From: an uncultured Nitrososphaerales archaeon | GTDB taxonomy: Archaea > Thermoproteota > Nitrososphaeria > Nitrososphaerales > Nitrososphaeraceae | Assembly (NCBI GenBank): GCA_963713605.1 | Contig: CAVQMO010000001.1 | Coordinates: 320,001 to 384,000, forward strand | DNA length: 64,000 bases | Direction of reading: 5' to 3' | In this document: positions 55,974 through 64,000 of the stretch, in pieces | How the letters are laid out: each line of letters opens with the position of its first letter | Numbering within the stretch: position 1 is the stretch's first letter | Program-made: the position numbers and the translations under genes | Notes under the pieces: model-generated | The model's database searches: none | Seen by the model: the letters and a program-made list of their open reading frames with translations, nothing else | What the model was told of the DNA's origin: nothing

Positions 55974-57518
55974 CTAATGAGTTGATATAGCGTCGCCAGA
56001 TAAGATAACTTTTCTCAGTATCATCTTATTGGTGGCATCCATCATAGCGTAGACTGAAGCTATCACTATGTCTTCTCCTGTTTTCCGGGATGAAACAGTA
56101 TGGCCTTCACTATCCTCAATTTTGACAACTACTTCTGCAGTTGCGTCAGATCCCCCCGTTATTGACTCGAGTCGATATTCTCTAATTTTCACATCTTCTA
56201 TTTGGCTCACTATCTTTTGGATAGCCTTTAACGCCGCATCCACAGGTCCTACCCCAATTTCAGAGGAAATCACGTCTCTCTCACCAGTGTTGATCTTGAC
56301 AACCGCTGTCGGGATGATATTTATCCCAGTTACAGTATGAAAATCACGAAGCTGGAATTTTTCTTGGAATGTGCTATTTTTCATTACCTTACCTGCGATA
56401 GAAAGTAATTCGCTAGTTGTAATTGATTTACCTAGGTCAGCAATACTCTTCTGCTTCTCCAAAATTTGTTTAAGCTGTTCATCATCAGGCTTTACTCCAA
56501 ACTCTTCTAGCATTGCTCTTATACCATGGGCACCAGCGTGTTTGCCTGCTTGGAGCCATCTCTTCCTTCCTACGAGCTCGGGGCTGATAGGCTCATAAGT
56601 CAATGGATTGTTTATTATACCGTGTGTATGAATACCCGATTCATGACCAAATGCATTTTCTCCGATAATGGCTTTATTTGGCTGAACAATTATACCCATT
56701 GCATTTGAAACGAATTTTGAAGTCTCATACAGTAACTCTGTCTTTATTCCATGTGATCTCCTATATAGGCACTGCAAAGCCATGACGACCTCTTCTAGCG
56801 AAGCGTTTCCAGCTCTCTCGCCTATTCCGTTTACGGTTACTTGAGCGCAAGTCGCTCCTGCATTTATTCCAGCTAAGGTGTTGGCAACCGCAAGCCCCAA
56901 ATCATCATGACAATGCATGCTTATTGGCAGCTGCGAGATAGCAATTACGTCTGCCACGAGCCTTGATATGTAATCAGGGGTTGAATAGCCGACTGTATCA
57001 GGAATATCCAATCGGTCAGCTCCAGACTCAGATACTGCTCCAAAAACTTCCTTCATGAAACCGATCTCCGATCTAGTAGCATCCTCAGCTGAAAACTCTA
57101 CTTGAACCCCGTGTTTCTTCGCATAATCCACAGCCCATACAGCCTTTTCGAGTACCTGGTCTCTGTTCATCTTCAGCTTGAATTTCATATGGATATCTGA
57201 GGTGGCAATGAATAGGTGAATATATCCTAGATCGCAGCCAAGTGCAGCGTCTATGTCCTCCTGTACGGCTCTAGCTAAACCACATACTTCCGCGTGCAAT
57301 CCCTGTCTAATAATGCTTTTAATCGCATGCCTTTCCCCTTGCGATACAATGGGGAATCCAGCCTCGATGGCGTCTACCCCTAACTCATCCAATTTAATAG
57401 CAATTTGCAATTTTTGTTCGGGGCTCACGGAAACGCCTGGTGTTTGTTCACCATCTCTAAGGGTGGTATCGAAAATCCTTACCTTTTCAACAATAGGCGA
57501 TAGTCTAGGAAAGAGCAA
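55974..57518 (-). CDS. leuA: 2-isopropylmalate synthase / citramalate synthase (LeuA/CimA family)
   Basis: DTTLRDGEQ, HCHDDLG, GIGERAGN, HESGIH, GVGPVDA regulatory domain; LeuA versus CimA cannot be resolved by eye. Confidence 0.85.
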   Translation of the reverse strand: MLFPRLSPIVEKVRIFDTTLRDGEQTPGVSVSPEQKLQIAIKLDELGVDAIEAGFPIVSQGERHAIKSIIRQGLHAEVCGLARAVQEDIDAALGCDLGYIHLFIATSDIHMKFKLKMNRDQVLEKAVWAVDYAKKHGVQVEFSAEDATRSEIGFMKEVFGAVSESGADRLDIPDTVGYSTPDYISRLVADVIAISQLPISMHCHDDLGLAVANTLAGINAGATCAQVTVNGIGERAGNASLEEVVMALQCLYRRSHGIKTELLYETSKFVSNAMGIIVQPNKAIIGENAFGHESGIHTHGIINNPLTYEPISPELVGRKRWLQAGKHAGAHGIRAMLEEFGVKPDDEQLKQILEKQKSIADLGKSITTSELLSIAGKVMKNSTFQEKFQLRDFHTVTGINIIPTAVVKINTGERDVISSEIGVGPVDAALKAIQKIVSQIEDVKIREYRLESITGGSDATAEVVVKIEDSEGHTVSSRKTGEDIVIASVYAMMDATNKMILRKVILSGDAISTH

Positions 57519-57775
57519 TTTAAACTTACTTCCTGTCTTACTATGCTTTCTTTAGTCCCCTGATCGTCTTTGTGTGGAATGCGATCTCGAAGATTTCAAA
57601 TTGCAACCCAATCTTGGCCGGAGATAAATGTCAGTAACGCGTGATAGGCAGCAAGATCAATTCGCCATCATCCCAAGCCTTGTGAATAAGTCCTTCAACA
57701 GTCTAAAAGTAAAAGCTTTTCTTTCAAAAGCACGGATCGGACGCTAACTTGTAAATATTATTAGTTCAGATATAT

Positions 57776-58120
57776 ATGTGGAATACTTTGTCTAGTAATA
57801 AGCTGAAGGGCGTCTGGGCCAAGCAGATAGCCCTAATTGCAGGTAGCTTCCTCTTAGGTTTAGTATTGACCTACTTTTTCGGTTTTATTGCCGGTCTTTC
57901 ACTTAACATTATCGTACTTGTCGGTTTGGTATTTTATATAAGAAGAAGCCAACAGAAGGCCTTACGAAATCTTGGATTTAGCGATGAGAAGGCAGGGGGA
58001 AGCTTTGCACCAACAGAATCCAAAATATCGCTAAAATATGTCTGCATGTCCTGTGGATCACGTGTAAAGGGAGCAAAATGCACCACTTGTGGTTCTCAAG
58101 CAAAAAGGGCTACCTTCTAA
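57776..58120 (+). CDS. Membrane protein with C-terminal Zn ribbon
   Basis: Two TM helices; CMSCG...CTTCGS. Confidence 0.8.
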   Translation: MWNTLSSNKLKGVWAKQIALIAGSFLLGLVLTYFFGFIAGLSLNIIVLVGLVFYIRRSQQKALRNLGFSDEKAGGSFAPTESKISLKYVCMSCGSRVKGAKCTTCGSQAKRATF

Positions 58121-58188
58121 ACGATCAGATACAATCATTTCCTTCATTGAATTTGCCGAAAGATCTATCTAAGAAGGGTATCGCCTTT

Positions 58189-59118
58189 TCATTTAGATAC
58201 GTCTAGATAGAACTGTTCCTTGTCTATTTTCTCTGGTTTAACTCCCTCTATTTCCATCAACTCTTGCATTATCCCTCTTCCTCTAGCTACTGCCCCAGTC
58301 TTTTGCTTGACGATCCCATTGATGAATCCGCTGCTTCCACATATGGGATTAAATGCCGATTCAACATTTCCATGAAACTTCTGGAGAGTCCGTTCGGTTT
58401 TCCCTTCCTCATCTTTAAAGAATCTGCCCTTTCTGTAATATATCCTCGGATGTTCGGAGTACAAATTTGCCTCGTCATCTCTCGTAAAAGTGAAAACCAC
58501 CTTGAAATTATCAATCTTTCTGGCCATATCTAATAGCCAGTTGTAATAAATTACACCCACACTTTTCTTGTCTTCAAGCGAGTAAAGTCTGGGGTTACTG
58601 TAAAATAATATGAGTCGAAGATCCAAATCTCTCCGATCTTCTATAAATTGTAAGAGGCATCGGGCGCATTCAGCACCATTTGATCCAGACCAGTAAGCAA
58701 TATCTTTCTCTGCCCCAGACGCCACCTTCGAGAGAAAAGGGTCTCGCGGTTTGGCGTATTTGATAGAAACTTTGTCGCCTACCTTGAATTGTTCAAAGAA
58801 GTATGCTGCAAATCCATCTGCCTTGCCGATGACTGGATTTATGTAACCATACGGCTTCTCATCCTTTATCGTTAATTCAATGTCATTCCTTGTGGGTGAG
58901 GAAGCGATTGAATATGCCCTTTCTACTTCAGCCTCCTCAACGCCCCCCGAAGACGTCGGTCTTTTCAATAATGCCCTGATTGTTACAAATTCTCCTACGC
59001 TAAACGTAATTCGATCCGACGCCGAAAACGGAGAAAATACATAAGTATAGGAATCAGGGGTTTCCTTAATTCTGTCCTTTAACTGCCATTCTAACATAGG
59101 GGATTGGGATTTCGACAT
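58189..59118 (-). CDS. FAD-binding (ferredoxin-NADP reductase-like) oxidoreductase
   Basis: RAYSIASSP, ICGS.GF, EQFY. Confidence 0.85.
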   Translation of the reverse strand: MSKSQSPMLEWQLKDRIKETPDSYTYVFSPFSASDRITFSVGEFVTIRALLKRPTSSGGVEEAEVERAYSIASSPTRNDIELTIKDEKPYGYINPVIGKADGFAAYFFEQFKVGDKVSIKYAKPRDPFLSKVASGAEKDIAYWSGSNGAECARCLLQFIEDRRDLDLRLILFYSNPRLYSLEDKKSVGVIYYNWLLDMARKIDNFKVVFTFTRDDEANLYSEHPRIYYRKGRFFKDEEGKTERTLQKFHGNVESAFNPICGSSGFINGIVKQKTGAVARGRGIMQELMEIEGVKPEKIDKEQFYLDVSK

Positions 59119-59454
59119 AGATTTTCTTCTTGGAGGGGAATGTACTTAACATTTTCCAATTCGTTATAGCAATTTGGCAATAATCTGTAACAAATAGTAA
59201 TTGGCCAATCAGTCCGGAAAGACCTCTATCTCATGTCAGCTGGAAAACAGAACTTTTGGTCTGGAAAAACGGCAGCTTGCACACAATTACATATCCCTGA
59301 TGTTACGACTGCTCTGCCTTTTTGATATCTTCGTCTTGTTCGAGCATTGATGATTGCCTTTGGACGTGCTTTTGTTAGTAAAGTGTTAATATATGGAAAT
59401 CGTCATTATGACGGATCTTATCGATTGAAATGGATGGATTTCGTTGGGTTAACC

Positions 59455-60030
59455 ATGCTCGAGTCCTTCAAAGGACTATTGGTCATGTTTTTTCTTGTTA
59501 TCATCTTAGTCTCAATCGCTTATCCTGCTGGGCCTGATCTTTACGCCTTTTTTCATACTCCACCTTTAGCAGATAATTTAATTACCTTTGAAGATCAGGG
59601 TCTCGGATTAATGATCAAATATCCCAGCAATTGGGAGAGATCGAAAATAGGTCAGGATCAGGTCACATTCATAGCTCCACGCGAAAGTGATTCACCTTCT
59701 TTCCCAGCTGGGCTGGGAATAAGGTCGCATAATATTTCATCTGTAGAGTCCACACTAGATACCATAGCAAAAGAAATAGTTACAGATCTTGAAGATGAAG
59801 CTCAGGATTTTACTCTCTTGAGCACGAGTCAGTCGAAACTGAATAGCTTTGATGCTTTTGAGATTTCTTTTAGCGCAACAGATGACAACGACGCAAAACG
59901 GACCGCAATGCAAATAGTTGTAAAGCCTGAAAATCTGGTCTACGTAATCACCTACAAGGCCTATCCAGAAAAATATGAATCATATCTGCCGATTATACAG
60001 TCTATGTTAGATTCGCTAAAATTTATGTGA
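59455..60030 (+). CDS. PsbP-like secreted/membrane-anchored protein
   Basis: Signal anchor; IKYPSNW; YVITY...Y..YLPIIQSMLDS. Confidence 0.8.
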   Translation: MLESFKGLLVMFFLVIILVSIAYPAGPDLYAFFHTPPLADNLITFEDQGLGLMIKYPSNWERSKIGQDQVTFIAPRESDSPSFPAGLGIRSHNISSVESTLDTIAKEIVTDLEDEAQDFTLLSTSQSKLNSFDAFEISFSATDDNDAKRTAMQIVVKPENLVYVITYKAYPEKYESYLPIIQSMLDSLKFM

Positions 60031-60589
60031 TAATTACGATAAGGATGGCTTCATCCATTTAAAAATATCAGATCATTTTTTAATCATCGTCATGATGATC
60101 CCCACTTGTTGGTTACAACTCGTGGGACTGGCATGCTTAGTCAGTAAGGACTAGGTCTTGCTATCGCGTTTCCAGCAAACCCGTTACACCAATAATTGTG
60201 TTCCGTGGATGCTTGCAACGACAAAGATTAGTTCCATGTTCAGAAAATTTGTGTTTACACCGATAATAGGTACATATTGGTTCAGATTCCTTTCCCCATA
60301 CGTCAGTAACCTTCAATCTCTAACCATGATATATATGCCGATATAATATATTGTTAATGGACCCAGAAGCTAATGATCACCTTTACAGAAGCGCTGGAGA
60401 TTTAAATTAGATTTTCCGTTGATACGAATTACAGAAAGTTCATGATCAATTTCATTCAAATAATTCAATAATACATGCAAAAACATCATAAACGTTAGGG
60501 CATATTTTAATGTTTGTAGGATTCTACTGCTAATCAATCACCATATAGTTAATATTTAACATGGAACAGTAATACCTTTACCTTAGCAA

Positions 60590-61075
60590 ATGCATGAACA
60601 AGATTTCCTTCATGAAGTCTGCATAAGTGCTTTATCTGTTAGCAAGAAAGTGAGTTTTGCGGGGATAGTGGACAGCAATGGTAAACTTCTGCTTGGGCAT
60701 GAAAAGAAAAATGCTGACACCAACAGACGGAGATTACTTTGTTACATTGGTAATTATGAGAATAAGGTTGTCGGTAGCATATATTTCAAGCATCTTGCAC
60801 CAATGCTAAATGAGATAGTGAAAAGACATTTCTTCGATATGAAATCAAATGCTTCGACTTGTGAAGGTAATATAGCGGATATGGATCATGCCATTCGGAT
60901 TTACGGGATCCACGAATTCTATGTTTTGGATGTTGCTAGCAATATCAAATTCGGCTTCATTCCTATAACTGAAACAGCCGACAAATTTCTGTGTGTCTAC
61001 TTAGAATCAGATATGGTCGAAATGTCTAATACCTCGTATCATAGAATAGTAGCCTCTATTAATAGATGCTTATGA
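60590..61075 (+). CDS. Hypothetical sensor/roadblock-like protein
   Basis: VSFAGIVDSNGKLL ... FLCVYLE. Confidence 0.6.
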   Translation: MHEQDFLHEVCISALSVSKKVSFAGIVDSNGKLLLGHEKKNADTNRRRLLCYIGNYENKVVGSIYFKHLAPMLNEIVKRHFFDMKSNASTCEGNIADMDHAIRIYGIHEFYVLDVASNIKFGFIPITETADKFLCVYLESDMVEMSNTSYHRIVASINRCL

Positions 61076-61256
61076 GGCCCTTACAGGCGCTGAGGAATAT
61101 TCAAGTATTTCAAACAGGTTTGGTAAATCCGCATAATCTTAGAGTTGAATTTATCTGAATTAGAGATTAGAAACTTGTCATTCAACGACTCAATCGAATA
61201 ACTGAACGACTTGTTTGGCAAACGTATACTGTCTAAAGGTTTATATCTAATGATTA

Positions 61257-61277
61257 GGGCACTAAGGATTAGTGCCC
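61257..61277. promoter_or_regulatory. Perfect inverted repeat GGGCACTAA-GGA-TTAGTGCCC; putative MarR operator
   Basis: Lies between the BRE/TATA (AAAGGTTTATA, 61236-61246) and the marR ATG (61279). Confidence 0.8.
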
Positions 61278-61278
61278 C

Positions 61279-61806
61279 ATGTCAACTTTTGATTATGAAA
61301 ATAATCCTGGATTCCTCATAAACCGGACCGCTAGATCTCTTTCGCGTTCTCTAGATATTAGACTAAGGAACCGAGTCGGCATAACTTTTGCCCAATGGAG
61401 AGTACTTGTTCTGCTAACGAAAACCCACGATGGCCTCTCCCAAAAGGAAATCGCAGAAGGTCTTGGGTTAGAAGCACCTACCTTAATTCCTATTCTCGAC
61501 AAGTTGCAGAACGATGGTTTTATTGAAAGGAGAGTAGACCGCAACGACCGAAGGAACAACAGAATATATCGTGCTGAGAAGACCTTCGAAATCTGGGAGG
61601 CTACCCTTGAGTGTGCAACTAGAGTGCTCACCGTAGCGTTGGCAGGTCTTTCAGAAGACAAGGTGGAGATTATGAAAGAGGTATTGGAAAAGGTATGGAT
61701 TAATCTACAAGCAAATATTGAACTATCAAATAAGACCCCTGCAGCCATAACAGACAAAGTTGGTCAAAAACAGGGGTTACGAGAAACAACTCCTTCGCAA
61801 CAATAG
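61279..61806 (+). CDS. MarR-family transcriptional regulator
   Basis: GITFAQWRVL, SQKEIA, LDKL..DGFIER, DRR. Confidence 0.93.
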   Translation: MSTFDYENNPGFLINRTARSLSRSLDIRLRNRVGITFAQWRVLVLLTKTHDGLSQKEIAEGLGLEAPTLIPILDKLQNDGFIERRVDRNDRRNNRIYRAEKTFEIWEATLECATRVLTVALAGLSEDKVEIMKEVLEKVWINLQANIELSNKTPAAITDKVGQKQGLRETTPSQQ

Positions 61807-61837
61807 GCCTGAAGTAGACAGAGGATATTATTACAAA

Positions 61838-63481
61838 ATGCAGAATCCGCTGAAGAATAAACAAAATCAAAAAGGTAGAGGTGGAGGATTTTCGGTCAGG
61901 GAGGATTCTAAGCTTTTGACCAATAGTGGCGGCAGCGGCGTTGCGATACCTCGTACGGCTTGGAAATTACTGATTATTCTAAGTTCCATCGCAACAATGG
62001 TCATGTATGCAGAGACGATGCTGATTCCTGCTATCCCAGATTTGATAAGTGACTTTAATGTCTCTTATGGGACGTCTTCCTGGATACTGACGACTTATCT
62101 GATTAGTGGTGCGGTTGCTACCCCGATAGTTGGCAAACTATCTGACGTCTATGGAAAAAAGAAGGTTCTCTTAGCAGTAATGCTAATCTATGCAATAGGG
62201 GTCTGTTTCGCAGGGTTTGCCTCAAACATATACACATTGCTAATCGTTAGGGCTATACAAGGAATCGGAATGGGGATGTTCCCCATTGCATTTGGCCTAA
62301 TAAGAGATCAATTCCCAAGGGAAAAAATTTCGATAGGTCAGGGAATCATAAGTTCAATGTTCGCAGCAGGGGCAGCAGTAGGGCTATCAGCAGGCGCGCT
62401 TATCGTAGAGAATTTTGGATGGCAAGCGACTTTTTTCACAATAATTCCAATCGCTATTTTACTTTTGATTACTATCTGGCGATTTGTGCACGTCGATGAG
62501 ACTCGAGAAACTGATTTTTCGCCGATAAAGCAATCAGTTTGGAAAGAAAAAGAATCAGCTCCGGCTCCTGTTTCCAATTCCAATAAGAGGAAGAGAGTAA
62601 AATTACAACTCGATATTAAAGGAGCAGCAGCTCTGGCAGTATCTATAACTTCATTTTTGCTCTGCCTAACTCTGATCGAGACCTCTAGTGGTCTAAACAC
62701 TGAAAGCAATTCAGTTGTTGGCATAGTGTCAGCCTATGGCATGATCTTAGGTTCTGCGCTGGTAGCCGCCATTTCCTTTGCCTTATTCTTGTTGATTGAA
62801 AGGGGAGAAAGTTATCCCCTTATTGATTTGCGACTTTTAGGAAACAAAGCGATATTGCCATCAATTCTAATAATCCTCATCGTGGGACTATCAAATTTTA
62901 TGGTGTTCCAGACTATACCAATCCTGGTGAGAAATCCAGAGCCTTTAGGGTTCGGAGCTGACGTCGTCGATGCAGGAACAATTCAGCTACCGTTTGCGTT
63001 AGTATTTTTGGTATTTGGGCCGACTTCTGGTTTCATAATCTCCAGGCTAGGTTCTTTAAGACCAGTAATAGTTGGAACTTCAATCATTACGGCCAGTTTT
63101 TTGGGACTTGTATTTTTTCATGACAGCCCAATCGCCATTTCAATTAACCTGGGTGTTCTTGCCACTGGGTTATCTTTTGCGGCTATTGGCGCAATGAATG
63201 TAATAATACTTGCCACTCCGAAAGAATATACTGGGATTTCCCTTGGGATTGCTACCCTGGTGAGGATAATAGGGAGCGCAATTGGACCTGCTCTCGCGGC
63301 TATGTACATGCAAACAAGTCAAACTGTTCTTATGGTGGGTGATGTGTCAAGATCTTATCCATCTGATTTTGCGTTCGTGATGATATTTTCTTCAGCGACA
63401 GTGATTGCAGCGGGTTCGATCTTTTTATCTGTCTTGCTACGAAGGAGAGCAATCAAGATGGCCATTCCTCAGCTATCATAG
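61838..63481 (+). CDS. MFS drug:H+ antiporter-type transporter (14-TM)
   Basis: GKLSDVYGKKK motif A, RAIQG, many TM helices. Confidence 0.92.
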   Translation: MQNPLKNKQNQKGRGGGFSVREDSKLLTNSGGSGVAIPRTAWKLLIILSSIATMVMYAETMLIPAIPDLISDFNVSYGTSSWILTTYLISGAVATPIVGKLSDVYGKKKVLLAVMLIYAIGVCFAGFASNIYTLLIVRAIQGIGMGMFPIAFGLIRDQFPREKISIGQGIISSMFAAGAAVGLSAGALIVENFGWQATFFTIIPIAILLLITIWRFVHVDETRETDFSPIKQSVWKEKESAPAPVSNSNKRKRVKLQLDIKGAAALAVSITSFLLCLTLIETSSGLNTESNSVVGIVSAYGMILGSALVAAISFALFLLIERGESYPLIDLRLLGNKAILPSILIILIVGLSNFMVFQTIPILVRNPEPLGFGADVVDAGTIQLPFALVFLVFGPTSGFIISRLGSLRPVIVGTSIITASFLGLVFFHDSPIAISINLGVLATGLSFAAIGAMNVIILATPKEYTGISLGIATLVRIIGSAIGPALAAMYMQTSQTVLMVGDVSRSYPSDFAFVMIFSSATVIAAGSIFLSVLLRRRAIKMAIPQLS

Positions 63482-63542
63482 GATTCACATTGATCGCGGG
63501 ACTAGATCAATGTCAACAATTAATAATTCATCATCCGTTCCC

Positions 63543-63842
63543 TCAATGCAATACCGTCACCCTGGTAGCTCCAATATCGCTAACCACATAGTGGTCATGT
63601 CCCATCTCAATTATATCTCCTGGCGCTATTACCTCGTGAGTTCTCTTGCTTCTCAAGGACTTTCCAAATGGTTTTTTCTGTTGCTTAAACATCAGCCAAA
63701 TCCTACCGACATTTAATACATTCTTGAATTCAGATTCCCAAACAAGATCATATAGCGTATATAATGCTTGCAAACTAATACTGTTGTTCCTGATGAGTAG
63801 ATCAGCTTCAGGCTCCCTACAAAAATATACTCTTACTATCAC
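63543..63842 (-). CDS. Hypothetical protein, possibly YodL-like
   Basis: Y.LVW...IW.MF....P...HEVIAPGDII.....YVVSDIG. Confidence 0.5.
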   Translation of the reverse strand: MIVRVYFCREPEADLLIRNNSISLQALYTLYDLVWESEFKNVLNVGRIWLMFKQQKKPFGKSLRSKRTHEVIAPGDIIEMGHDHYVVSDIGATRVTVLH

Positions 63843-64000
63843 TTTTAAACTACGAGATCTCTTTGTGAATATTTACTAATTAGCATTTTTGAGTTGAAAT
63901 GATTGAATCCAATTATGGAGAGCTGGCACTAACGTTATCTGACCAAGTTTGCTATACGAAATTTTGAAGAGTTCTATACGGAGATCAATAAGATATACAA

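Noticed and set aside
57631..57673. Minus-strand ATGATG...ACGCGTTA-CTGA as a C/D sRNA (resembles, from memory, an antisense match to 16S rRNA)
   Set aside because: Only about 30 nt between boxes C and D, no C'/D' pair, and the guide match is about 8 nt.
59212..59270. Three C(C/T)GGAAA motifs upstream of the FAD oxidoreductase
   Set aside because: Short and irregularly spaced; not distinguishable from chance.

Overview
Archaeal chromosomal segment, most likely from a soil ammonia-oxidising archaeon (Nitrososphaerota, Nitrososphaeraceae-like). This is inferred from gene content (archaeal Spt5, Dph2, RFC, DtdA, NcsA, 7S SRP RNA, AcnX pair, many small Zn-finger/wHTH/FxLYD/PsbP-like proteins); no amo genes or rRNA lie in the window. 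Many conserved genes carry single-base frameshifts, often at homopolymers, which looks like uncorrected long-read error, so split ORFs were re-joined by eye. Most of the window is housekeeping. Notable parts: (1) the 3' part of a poly-Ala/Gly, silk-like, Pro-repeat protein (1-1769); (2) a ~4.4 kb integrase-less plasmid-like element in tRNA-Val(GAC), with an att direct repeat, an inverted repeat that would flank attP, an RHH/primase-polymerase/helicase operon and phased iteron-like repeats; (3) a membrane-anchored PDE-like HD protein with a TrmB-like C-terminal domain; (4) a phosphate cluster (pstCAB, two phoU, HAD nucleotidase, sixA, ppx) without pstS; (5) a MarR-MFS unit with a perfect operator palindrome. 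No CRISPR array was seen. All family assignments come from motif recognition, not database searches.
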